Shown piece after piece: positions 16,651-25,002 of a DNA stretch of 64,000 bases. The stretch spans positions 22,151 to 86,150 of the forward strand of contig DATIDG010000034.1 in NCBI GenBank assembly GCA_035456405.1, read 5' to 3'. The notes beneath the pieces are model-generated. The model had not been told where the DNA came from. It saw nothing but the letters and a program-made list of their open reading frames with translations, and ran no database searches. The stretch's first letter is position 1; every line of letters begins with the position of its first letter. The stretch comes from Burkholderiales bacterium (GTDB lineage Bacteria; Pseudomonadota; Gammaproteobacteria; Burkholderiales; SG8-39). The translations under genes were made by a program, and so were the position numbers.

Positions 16651-17074
16651 CGACCCGAGTTACACCGGTCGATTCGAACTGCCTTTGGGCCGGGCGCGTC
16701 GAGTGACCTGGGCTCCAATTCCAATCGCTTCGCGGATTGAGTTGCGTCCGCGCTACGAATGGCCGGTCAGTGTATTGACCGCGCGACAAGATCTGCGCTA
16801 CAAAGTGGCACGCAATAAGAACCGGATGCGGTACGAGAAGCGCACGAAGCCGGAGTGGAAGGTCGTCTGACGCGGCAGCTTCCCTCGGAGCGGGAACCGG
16901 CATTGGGGAGGACCGAGTGATGCAGTTGGTTACATGGACCCAGCGAGGTTACCTCGTGTCGATCGGGCGCCAGTCCGTCCTCGCCGCATCCGGCGGCCGC
17001 CACCAACGCCTGTCCGCGCCCCTGCGCTTCCTGCTGCGCTCACCCACCTCGCACTAACCACCAGGAGTCGGTAG

Positions 17075-17410
17075 ATGAAGCTCAAAGTCGTAGTCCCAGC
17101 CGCGCTGGTCGCGCTTGGGATGACCGGCGGCGCGTACGCCCAAGACGTCGACGCCGCTGCGGCGGAGGCCCTGATGAAGAAGAGCGGCTGCTTCAAGTGC
17201 CACTCGGTCAGTCAGAAGAAGGATGCCCCGCCGTACAAGGAGATCGCGGGCAAGTACAAGGCCAAGCCGGACGGCGAGAAGGCGCTGATGACCCACCTTA
17301 CGACGAATCCGAAGGTCAAGGTGGACGGCAAGGAAGAGGAGCACGACTCGCTCAAGACGAAGAACGAGGCGGACGTGCGCAACGTGGTGAAGTGGATTCT
17401 GACGCGGTGA
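17075..17410 (+). CDS. Periplasmic monohaem cytochrome c, MtoD-like (paralogue 1)
   Basis: Signal peptide ending AYA-QD. Single CFKCH site, then KDAPPYKEIAGKYK, KEEEHD and VKWILTR. Confidence 0.85.
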   Translation: MKLKVVVPAALVALGMTGGAYAQDVDAAAAEALMKKSGCFKCHSVSQKKDAPPYKEIAGKYKAKPDGEKALMTHLTTNPKVKVDGKEEEHDSLKTKNEADVRNVVKWILTR

Positions 17411-17420
17411 AGGCAGAGAG

Positions 17421-17765
17421 ATGAACACGATTCGCTTGATGCTGGTATCGGGGCTCGCGGTCGGGACCTGGATGGGCCTGGCGCCGGTCGCGATGGGGCA
17501 GGCCGACGACGCCGCAGCGGAGGCCCTGGCGAGAAAGAGCGGGTGCCTCAAGTGTCATTCCGTGACGCAGAAGAAGGACGCTCCCTCCTACAAAGAGATC
17601 GCGGCCAAATACAAAGGTCAGGCGGACGCCGAGAAGAAGCTCGTCGCTTTCGTCTCCACGGGCTCCAAGATCAAGATCGACGGTAAGGAAGAGGAGCACG
17701 ATGTCCTAAAGACGAAAAACGAGGCCGAGGCCCGCAACGTGGCCCGATGGATCCTGACACGCTGA
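17421..17765 (+). CDS. Periplasmic monohaem cytochrome c, MtoD-like (paralogue 2, tandem duplicate)
   Basis: About two-thirds identical by eye to 17075-17410: CLKCH, KDAPSYKEIAAKYK, KEEEHD, ARWILTR. Starts 10 nt after the previous gene. Confidence 0.85.
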   Translation: MNTIRLMLVSGLAVGTWMGLAPVAMGQADDAAAEALARKSGCLKCHSVTQKKDAPSYKEIAAKYKGQADAEKKLVAFVSTGSKIKIDGKEEEHDVLKTKNEAEARNVARWILTR

Positions 17766-17792
17766 CCGGCTACGGCCCTAGGGGGAGGGAGG

Positions 17793-18401
17793 GTGTTCAA
17801 GAAGACGTGGGAGTGGCTGGGCGGTCAGTGCCGCACCTGTTCCCGCATCCGGCTCGCGGTCGGGATCGTCCTGGCGACGGTGCTGTTCGGGGCCGTGTTC
17901 ATGGTCGCTGGCGCGGGCGCGCTCGCGTGGACCAACACCGAGAACTTCTGCATCGGCTGCCACGAGATGCGCGACAACGTGTACGCGGAGTTCAAGGGCA
18001 CGATCCACGACAAGAACCGGACTGGCGTACGCGCGATCTGCTCCGACTGCCACGTGCCGCGGGAGCCGGGGCCGCTGGTCTTGAGAAAGATGCGGGCGAC
18101 CTTCGAGCTCTGGGGTCACTTCACCGGAGTGGTCGACAGCAAGGAGAAGTTCGAGCAGCATCGCTACGAGCTGGCCAGGCGGGTCTGGGTGCGGATGAAG
18201 GAGACCGACTCGCTCGAGTGCCGCAATTGCCACAAGTACGACTCCATGGACGCCGACGTGCAGTCGGACAAGGCGAAAGCCCGCCACGCGAAGGGCAAGG
18301 CCGAGGGCCTGACGTGCATCGATTGCCATTTCGGCATCGCGCACAAGGAGCCGGAAGGCGGACCTGGCCCGAGGGAACTCAAGGTCGGGAGCAGCAAGTG
18401 A
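17793..18401 (+). CDS. cymA: NapC/NirT-family membrane tetrahaem cytochrome, CymA-like quinol/quinone oxidoreductase
   Basis: GTG start and N-terminal TM helix. Haem sites CIGCH(EM), CSDCH, CRNCH and CIDCH. Paralogue of 5619-6275. Confidence 0.9.
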   Translation: MFKKTWEWLGGQCRTCSRIRLAVGIVLATVLFGAVFMVAGAGALAWTNTENFCIGCHEMRDNVYAEFKGTIHDKNRTGVRAICSDCHVPREPGPLVLRKMRATFELWGHFTGVVDSKEKFEQHRYELARRVWVRMKETDSLECRNCHKYDSMDADVQSDKAKARHAKGKAEGLTCIDCHFGIAHKEPEGGPGPRELKVGSSK

Positions 18402-18483
18402 GCTTTGCGACGGGGACCGTTACAGCGGCGCGGCGCCGGAGTTCCGGGTGTTGCGCCCACGCGACATTTTTGTTGCTCGGCTA

Positions 18484-18512
18484 TTGACGCCAGGAACCAC
18501 GTTGGGCGTAAT
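18484..18512 (+). promoter_or_regulatory. Candidate sigma-70 promoter for the decahaem/porin gene pair
   Basis: TTGACG, a 17-nt spacer, then CGTAAT, within the 306-nt gap between the cymA-like and mtoA-like genes. Confidence 0.3.
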
Positions 18513-18707
18513 GCCCGAGTAGAAGATTAAGTGGTCGCAGCGCGAATGCAATCGCGTGCAAGCGACCCTCGCAGCGATCACTAGGCTGCGCGAACGGCGC
18601 GCGGTGGTACCGCGCAACTGCGCCGAAACGGAGGGAAAGGACTCCGGCCCGGCGCCGCAGCGACCGTTCGGGGCGATGGTGCTGCAGTTCCGGCATAGGG
18701 GGAGTCC

Positions 18708-19700
18708 ATGCGTTTTAGCCATTCGATCGCCACCGCGCTCGCGGGCGGCGCGGCCTTGTTGTGCGCTCAACTTGCCTTCGCCCAGCAGCCCGCGGATGCG
18801 AAACCGCCGCGAGCGGACCTGGTCCTCACCGGCGACGCGAAGTGCACGCGTTGCCACAACGAGGAGGACTCGCCCCAGCTCCTCGCCATCGGGCAGACCC
18901 GCCACGGCACGAAAGCCGATGGCCGCACGCCCACCTGCACGAACTGCCACGGCGAGAGCGAGAACCACATCCAGAAGCCGTCGGGCGCGAAGGAGCGGCC
19001 CCAGCCGGATCGCACGTTCGGCAAGTCGTCGACCACGCCGATGGCCGAGCGCAGCGCGGCCTGCCTCACCTGCCACCAGGGCGGCAATCGCATCGCCTTC
19101 CAGGCAAGCGTGCACGCGAACCGCGACGTCGCCTGCAGCTCCTGCCACAAGATCCACAGCGCGCGCGACGCCGTGCGGGACACCGGACCCCAGGCGAGCC
19201 GCGATTCGGCGCGGGACGTGCGGACGCAGACCGACGTCTGCTTCACCTGCCACAAGGAGCAGCGCGCGCAGGTCAACCGGCCCGTGCACCACCCGATCAT
19301 CGAAGGCAAGATGACCTGCTCGTCGTGCCACAACGTGCACGGCGACAACCCGGCCCAGCTCGTGAGGGACAGCGTCAACGAGACCTGCTTCACGTGCCAC
19401 ATGGAGAAGCGCGGGCCGTTCCTGCACAACCACGCGCCGGTGCAGGAAAACTGCGCCATCTGCCACCAGCCGCACGGCACGGTCATCGCCAACCTCCTGA
19501 AGGCGCGGCCGCCGTTCCTCTGCCAGGAGTGCCACAGCCACACGAGCCATCCGAGCCAGGCGGCGGGCCTGCCAACGGGCCGGACGACCTCGACTTCGCT
19601 CCTCGGCACCGTCGCGCGGGGCTGCCCGAACTGCCACATCAACATCCACGGCAGCAACAGCTCGCAGAACAGCGCGACCGCCGGACGCTTCCGTCGCTGA
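18708..19700 (+). CDS. mtoA: Periplasmic decahaem cytochrome c of the MtrA/PioA/MtoA family
   Basis: Signal peptide ending AFA-QQ. Exactly ten CXXCH sites in 330 aa: CTRCH, CTNCH, CLTCH, CSSCH, CFTCH, CSSCH, CFTCH, CAICH, CQECH, CPNCH. Confidence 0.9.
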   Translation: MRFSHSIATALAGGAALLCAQLAFAQQPADAKPPRADLVLTGDAKCTRCHNEEDSPQLLAIGQTRHGTKADGRTPTCTNCHGESENHIQKPSGAKERPQPDRTFGKSSTTPMAERSAACLTCHQGGNRIAFQASVHANRDVACSSCHKIHSARDAVRDTGPQASRDSARDVRTQTDVCFTCHKEQRAQVNRPVHHPIIEGKMTCSSCHNVHGDNPAQLVRDSVNETCFTCHMEKRGPFLHNHAPVQENCAICHQPHGTVIANLLKARPPFLCQECHSHTSHPSQAAGLPTGRTTSTSLLGTVARGCPNCHINIHGSNSSQNSATAGRFRR

Positions 19701-19722
19701 CCGGGACTGGGGGACAGCCATC

Positions 19723-21903
19723 ATGTTCACGAACAAGCAGACGCTCAGGCTGACGACGCTTGCGGCCGCGCTGACGTGCGCCTTCGGGCCTGCTCTGGCC
19801 CAGGACGAAACCGTCACCCAGCTCACCAAGCCGAACAGCTGGTTCTCGATCGGCGCGGGGTGGTGGTCGGACGACCGCCCGCAGGAAGGTATCTACGACG
19901 GGATGAACCAGAAGGGCTGGTACGGTCTCTTCGATGCATTCATCAACAAGCGCGACGAGGCGACCGGGACGTGGTACTCGCTGGACGCTCGGAACGTCGG
20001 CCTCGACACCCGCGACATCCGCGCCGACTGGCTGCGCCAGGGGAACATCGGCGCCTTCGTCCAGTTCAGCCAGACGCCGCGCGACAATCCGTACACCTTC
20101 CACACCGGGTTGCGCGGCATCGGCACCACGAACCAGGTCGTAAGCGGCGCAGGCGCCAACGCGCTGCCTTTTGGCGATTATCACTTGGGCACGCGTCGCG
20201 ACCTCTGGAACGTCGGTGGGTACAAGAATCTGATTCCAGGTCTCGACCTCAAGATCAACTACAAGCACGAGGACAAGACCGGGAACCGGCAATGGGGGCG
20301 CGGCGGCGCGCCGGAGTTCGCGGTCGAGCCCATCGACACCACGACGCAGCAGGCCGAGGTGCTGCTGAACTACATGCGCGACAACCTGCAGCTCTCGGGC
20401 GGCTGGTACGGCTCCTGGTGGAACCAGAACACCAGCGGCCTCGTCGACACGACGCTGAACGGCGGGACCGCGGCAAACCGGTTCTTCCTGACCCTGCCCC
20501 TCGACAATCAGGCGCAGCAGTTCTTCCTGAACGGCGGCTACAACTTCACGCCCACCACGCGCGGGACGTTCAAGCTTTCCTACACGCACGCGACCCAGAA
20601 CGAGAACCTGCCAACGCAGAGTATCCCCGGCCTGTCCCTCGCCGGGACCCCGCAGAGCCTCGATGGCGAGATCAATACGACCCTGGCGCAGCTGGGAGTC
20701 ACATCGAGACCCACGCCGAACTTCTCCTGGCTCGCGAACCTGCGGTACTACAACGCGGAAGAGAAGACCCCTCAGAACCGCTGGGTGCAGACTGGCGCGC
20801 TGCCCTGCGCAACCGGGTCGTCCTCGAACATCCCGCCCGGGACGACCGGGGCCACCTGCGTGGACAACACGCCGCTGGGGTTCGAGACGTGGTCCGGGAA
20901 GCTGGAGGGGACCTACCGGCTGCCGATGGGGTTCAGCCTGATCGGGGGGATCGATTACGCCGACCAGGACCGCATCGTGCCCGTGGGCATCGCGACCGTG
21001 GGCGTCGACGGCGTCGACCGGCAACGCTACGTCCCGTTCAAGTCGCAACTCGACGAGACGACCTACCGCCTGCAAGTGCGCCGCGGACTCTCGGAAACGA
21101 TCAACGGGTCGCTCGCCTATCTCTACAGCCGGCGTAGCGGGTCGGGCTACACGCTGACCAACGAAAACGAATCGGACGAGATTAACCCGATCCACATCGC
21201 GAAGCGCGATCGCAACCGGTGGCGCGTGATGCTCGACTGGACGCCGCTCGAGGCGCTGACCTTTACGCTCAACTACGAGAACGCGCAAGACAAGTACGAC
21301 ACCACTTCGGATCGGCCGTACGCGCTCACGAAGGGCACCGGACAGGTCTTCTCGTTGGATGCCTCGTACGCCATCAGCGACCTGTGGAAAGTGAACGCGT
21401 GGTATTCCTGGGATAACCAGAAGGCGGAGCAGTTCACGCAGCGGGCCGCAAACAGCGGGGCGGGTGCAGCCGAGAAGGACTCGGATCTCGAGGACACCGG
21501 CAACACGCTGGGGCTCGGTCTGCGCGGCGTCGTCATGCCCAAGGTGCGCGTCGGCGCCGACGTGCTCTACGCCAAGCAGAACAGCAAGTACCCGGAGACC
21601 ATCACGCTGACGGGTCCCGGTGCGGTGTTCCCGACCGCGGCCGGCGTCACCGTCGCGCCGCTGCAGGACATCGAAAACAGGTTGACGCGATTCAAGCTGT
21701 TCGCGGCGTACGAGCTGCACAAGAATGCCGAGCTGTTTATCGATTACATCTGGGAGGAGTGGAAGACCGACGACTGGAGCTGGCAGTTCGCCAACGGCTC
21801 GACGTTCACCTACGGCACGACGACCGACGGCACCCAGGTGACGCAGGCCCCGAAGCAGACGTCGAACTTCATCGGCGTCCGGTACATATACAGGTTCCAA
21901 TAG
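19723..21903 (+). CDS. mtoB: Outer-membrane beta-barrel porin of the MtrB/PioB/MtoB family
   Basis: 726 aa with a signal peptide ending ALA-QD. Rich in alternating aromatic/Gly/Asn/Thr/Tyr strands. C-terminal FIGVRYIYRFQ barrel signature. Starts 22 nt after the decahaem gene. Confidence 0.85.
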   Translation: MFTNKQTLRLTTLAAALTCAFGPALAQDETVTQLTKPNSWFSIGAGWWSDDRPQEGIYDGMNQKGWYGLFDAFINKRDEATGTWYSLDARNVGLDTRDIRADWLRQGNIGAFVQFSQTPRDNPYTFHTGLRGIGTTNQVVSGAGANALPFGDYHLGTRRDLWNVGGYKNLIPGLDLKINYKHEDKTGNRQWGRGGAPEFAVEPIDTTTQQAEVLLNYMRDNLQLSGGWYGSWWNQNTSGLVDTTLNGGTAANRFFLTLPLDNQAQQFFLNGGYNFTPTTRGTFKLSYTHATQNENLPTQSIPGLSLAGTPQSLDGEINTTLAQLGVTSRPTPNFSWLANLRYYNAEEKTPQNRWVQTGALPCATGSSSNIPPGTTGATCVDNTPLGFETWSGKLEGTYRLPMGFSLIGGIDYADQDRIVPVGIATVGVDGVDRQRYVPFKSQLDETTYRLQVRRGLSETINGSLAYLYSRRSGSGYTLTNENESDEINPIHIAKRDRNRWRVMLDWTPLEALTFTLNYENAQDKYDTTSDRPYALTKGTGQVFSLDASYAISDLWKVNAWYSWDNQKAEQFTQRAANSGAGAAEKDSDLEDTGNTLGLGLRGVVMPKVRVGADVLYAKQNSKYPETITLTGPGAVFPTAAGVTVAPLQDIENRLTRFKLFAAYELHKNAELFIDYIWEEWKTDDWSWQFANGSTFTYGTTTDGTQVTQAPKQTSNFIGVRYIYRFQ

Positions 21904-21938
21904 CCGGCGCTCGCAAGCGCGTGAACGGCAGAGCGAAC

Positions 21939-21963
21939 GGGGCGGCGCGAGCCGCCCCTTTTT
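21939..21963 (+). terminator. Rho-independent terminator after the porin gene
   Basis: ggggcggc-gcga-gccgcccc followed by TTTTT. Confidence 0.75.
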
Positions 21964-22239
21964 CGTTGTTGGGCACGCTCGCGCTAGGAGTCGAGCCGCG
22001 GTACGCGTGGCGGATCCCAACGGTGTCGGCAAGCCGAACCTCCAGCGTCAGTCACCTGAACTCGGTCAACTGACGCCTGAGTAGGGACCAGCGGACCCGA
22101 GATCGACACATGCGCGGCGTGCGGAGCGCTGGGCGTGGTCCGGGTCCCCGGGGTTGAGGACTCCGGCACCGACCTCGGCAATTCGCTGCGATGCACGAAG
22201 GCTGGCGCGTCGCCGCGTCGCGATCTTCTGCGTCCCCCA

Positions 22240-22253
22240 TTGATTCTGGTCAA
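22240..22253 (+). promoter_or_regulatory. FNR/CRP-family (Anr/Dnr-type) box TTGAT-TCTG-GTCAA, upstream of the dihaem c5 fusion gene
   Basis: Near-consensus box 80 nt upstream of the ATG at 22333. A weak -10-like ACTAAT at 22279-22284 is about 3 nt off ideal class II spacing. Confidence 0.45.
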
Positions 22254-22332
22254 GACGTGAAACGCAGAAAAGGCAGCTACTAATCTCCACTCGCGTGAAG
22301 CGTTTCGCGGAAGTTGGGCGGGAGGTGCTGCC

Positions 22333-23415
22333 ATGTGCACGATGAACAGTGAGCCTACTGGGGGGGCATCCTCGGCGCTCACGATATCGAAGCGGCTGCT
22401 TGCGACGGTCATCGTTGCCGTGGTCGTGCCTATCGTTCAGCACGAAGCGCAAGCCCAGGCGAGCGCCAGGAGCGGCAAGGAAGTGGTCGATGCGGTGTGC
22501 GCGGCCTGTCACGGCACCGGCGCACAAGGCGCGCCGAAGATCGGTGACAGACAGGCGTGGGGCCCGCGCGCCTCGCAAGGCCTCAGCGCCCTAACGCAAC
22601 ACGCGATCCACGGCATCCGGCAGATGCCGGCGCACGGCGGGAATCCATCGGTCACCGACTTCGAGATCGCGCGCGCCGTGACGTATATGGTCAACCAGTC
22701 GGGCGGCGCGTGGGCCGAGCCGATCGACAAGACCGTCCCATCCGCCGAGCGAAGCGGAGAACAGGTGGTGCAGGCGCAGTGTGCGCAGTGCCACCGAACG
22801 GGCGAGGGCGGCGCGCCCAAGATCGGCGATCGCGCCGCTTGGACGCCGCGACTCCGGCAAGGACTCGATGTCGCCGTTCGCTCCGCGATCCGGGGACATG
22901 GGGGGATGCCTGCACGGGGCGGCCTGGCCGATCTCACTGATGCCGAGGTCCGCAGCGCGGTGATTTATATGTTCAACCCAGTGAGCGCGGCGGCGAAGGG
23001 TCCGGCGGCGGTCCCGGCGGTCCCTGCGGCGAATCGGAGGGCGGTCGGCGGCGTGGAGGTGTATCTGGGGGTCGTCGCGGCGGAATCGCTGCGCGCCCAG
23101 CACCCGAAGGCGGACGCAGAGGCCTTGATGCACGGGGGCATCCCGCGCGGCAGAGACTACTACCACGTGAACCTCACGCTGATCGACAGCGCGACGAAGG
23201 CCGAGATCGCGGACGCGCAAGTCGAGGTGACAGTCGAGGATCCGGTCATGGGCGGCGAAACGAAAAAGCTCGAGCTCATGGCGATCGAGAACAGGATCAG
23301 CTACGGTCAATATTTCCGGATGCCGGGGAAGGATCCCTACTCGATTACCGTGCGGATCCAGAGGCCCGGGGCCCCGCCGGCGGTGAGCACCAAGTTCAGC
23401 TTCAAGCACGGCTGA
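22333..23415 (+). CDS. Dihaem cytochrome c5-type protein fused to a C-terminal beta-sandwich (YtkA/FixH/P19-like) domain
   Basis: RBS GGGAGGTG, then an N-terminal anchor or signal peptide. Two c5 repeats (CAACHGTGAQGAPKIGDRQAW...MPAHGG and CAQCHRTGEGGAPKIGDRAAW...MPARGG) and a Pro/Ala linker. A ~125-aa domain follows (VYLGVV..HGG..YYHVNLTLID..AQVEVTVEDPVMGG..YGQYFRMPG..YSITVRIQRPG). Confidence 0.8.
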   Translation: MCTMNSEPTGGASSALTISKRLLATVIVAVVVPIVQHEAQAQASARSGKEVVDAVCAACHGTGAQGAPKIGDRQAWGPRASQGLSALTQHAIHGIRQMPAHGGNPSVTDFEIARAVTYMVNQSGGAWAEPIDKTVPSAERSGEQVVQAQCAQCHRTGEGGAPKIGDRAAWTPRLRQGLDVAVRSAIRGHGGMPARGGLADLTDAEVRSAVIYMFNPVSAAAKGPAAVPAVPAANRRAVGGVEVYLGVVAAESLRAQHPKADAEALMHGGIPRGRDYYHVNLTLIDSATKAEIADAQVEVTVEDPVMGGETKKLELMAIENRISYGQYFRMPGKDPYSITVRIQRPGAPPAVSTKFSFKHG

Positions 23416-23668
23416 GGGTCTGCGGCTTCGGGCGCACCTCGCCCTCGGGGGCGAGGGCCGCGAACGCATATGGGCGCGCGGCCCTGGAGCGTGCGCCCGT
23501 GGCGGTGCTGTGCGCTCGCTGAGCCCGACTCTTGCCGGTACACAATCCGGCTCGGGCGACTACGCCTCCGGGCGCGGGCCCTTGTGGGCCGCCTCCGGGT
23601 CGCTTACCCTTCGCGCCTCCGTCGCCAACAAGAATCTGCGGCGCCGCGCCGGCCGCTGCCCCCTTCTC

Positions 23669-24310
23669 ATGCTCGAAGCCCTCGATCTCGAATGCACCCG
23701 CGGCGAGCGCGTGCTGTTCAGCGGGCTCGCCGTACGCATCGAGCCGGGCACGCTGCTGCGTGTGGCGGGACCAAACGGCACCGGGAAGACGAGCCTGCTG
23801 CGCCTGCTGTGCGGGCTGCTGCAGCCGACGCACGGCGAGATTCGCTGGCGGGGCGAGGGGGTCCGCTCCCTCCGCGAGGAGTACTGGCGCGAGCTCGCGT
23901 ACGTCGGCCACCTGAACGGGGTCAAGGACGACCTGACCGCAGCCGAGAATCTGCGGGCGTCGGCCGGGATCGCCGGACTCGAGGCCGACGAAGGCGCGCT
24001 GCGCGGAGCGCTCGATGCGGTCGGGCTCGCGGGCTTCGAGGACTCGCTCACGCGTTCTCTGTCGCAGGGGCAAAAGCGCCGCATCGCGCTCGCGCGGCTG
24101 TTCCTGAGCGGCGGCGTGCCGCTCTGGATCCTGGACGAGCCCTTCACCGCGCTCGACGCGCGCGGCGTCGCGGCGCTGGGGACGCTGCTCGCGCGCCATC
24201 TCGCGGGCGGCAACATCGTAGTCTTCACCACCCACCAGGAAGTGCCGATCGATGCGGAACGCACCGAGACGATCGAGCTCGGCCGCGGGATGGGGCAGCC
24301 GTCGTGCTGA
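23669..24310 (+). CDS. ccmA: Haem exporter ATP-binding protein CcmA
   Basis: Walker A GPNGTGKTS, signature LSQGQKRR, Walker B LWILDEP. Confidence 0.9.
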   Translation: MLEALDLECTRGERVLFSGLAVRIEPGTLLRVAGPNGTGKTSLLRLLCGLLQPTHGEIRWRGEGVRSLREEYWRELAYVGHLNGVKDDLTAAENLRASAGIAGLEADEGALRGALDAVGLAGFEDSLTRSLSQGQKRRIALARLFLSGGVPLWILDEPFTALDARGVAALGTLLARHLAGGNIVVFTTHQEVPIDAERTETIELGRGMGQPSC

Positions 24311-24963
24311 AGACCCTTGCCGCGGTCGTCCGCCGCGACCTGCTGCTCGCCATCCGGCAGCGCGCGGACGTGGCGAACACGCTGCTCTTCTTCGTCGTGG
24401 TGGTGACGATGGTGCCGCTCGGCGTGGGCGCGGAGCCGAACCTGCTGCGCTCGATCGCGCCGGGCGTGGTGTGGGTCGCCGCGCTGCTCGCCGCGATCCT
24501 GTCGCTCAACCGCCTCTTCGCCGCGGACTTCGCAGACGGCACGCTGGAGCAGATGCTGATCTCCGCGGAGCCCTTGCCGCTGATCGTGCTCGGCAAGACC
24601 GCGGCGCACTGGCTCGTCACCGGCGTGCCGGTCACCGTCATCGCGGTCGTGCTCGGGATCATGTTCGACCTCGGCGTCGAGGCCACGGCGATCCTGATGG
24701 CCTCGCTCGCGCTCGGCACGCCGGTCCTTTCGCTGATCGGCGCGGTAGGCGCGGCCCTGACGCTCGGGCTGAGGGGGGGCGGCGTGCTAGTATCGCTGCT
24801 CGTTTTGCCCCTGTACGTGCCCGTGCTGATCCTCGGCGCGGGGGCGGTCGCGGCGGGGCTCGGCGCGGCTCCGTATCTGCTGCTCCTCGGGGCGCTCGCG
24901 CTGTTCGCCGTGGTTCTCACGCCTTGGGCCGTCTCGGCGGCATTGCGCATCTCGGTAGAGTGA
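24304..24963 (+). CDS. ccmB: Haem exporter membrane protein CcmB
   Basis: GTG overlaps the end of ccmA. Six-TM protein with FADGTLEQM and LVLPLYVPVLI motifs. Confidence 0.9.
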   Translation: MLKTLAAVVRRDLLLAIRQRADVANTLLFFVVVVTMVPLGVGAEPNLLRSIAPGVVWVAALLAAILSLNRLFAADFADGTLEQMLISAEPLPLIVLGKTAAHWLVTGVPVTVIAVVLGIMFDLGVEATAILMASLALGTPVLSLIGAVGAALTLGLRGGGVLVSLLVLPLYVPVLILGAGAVAAGLGAAPYLLLLGALALFAVVLTPWAVSAALRISVE

Positions 24964-25002
24964 ACTGACTTGCAGACGAAGGTGCTCGTGGTCGGCGGCG
25001 GC

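Noticed and set aside
16806-16820. Sigma-54-like TGGCAC element upstream of the MtoD-like pair.
   Set aside because: The -12 element is missing: TGGCACG-CAAT-AAGA instead of TGGCACG-N4-TTGC.
16685-16870. 61-aa ORF in the long Mto spacer.
   Set aside because: It has no Shine-Dalgarno sequence, a highly basic low-complexity sequence and no recognisable motif. It is probably non-coding.
23437-23456. Hairpin cctcgccc-tcgg-gggcgagg after the dihaem cytochrome gene, considered as a terminator.
   Set aside because: No U-tract follows on either strand. It may be a Rho-dependent or stabilising structure, but it cannot be called an intrinsic terminator.
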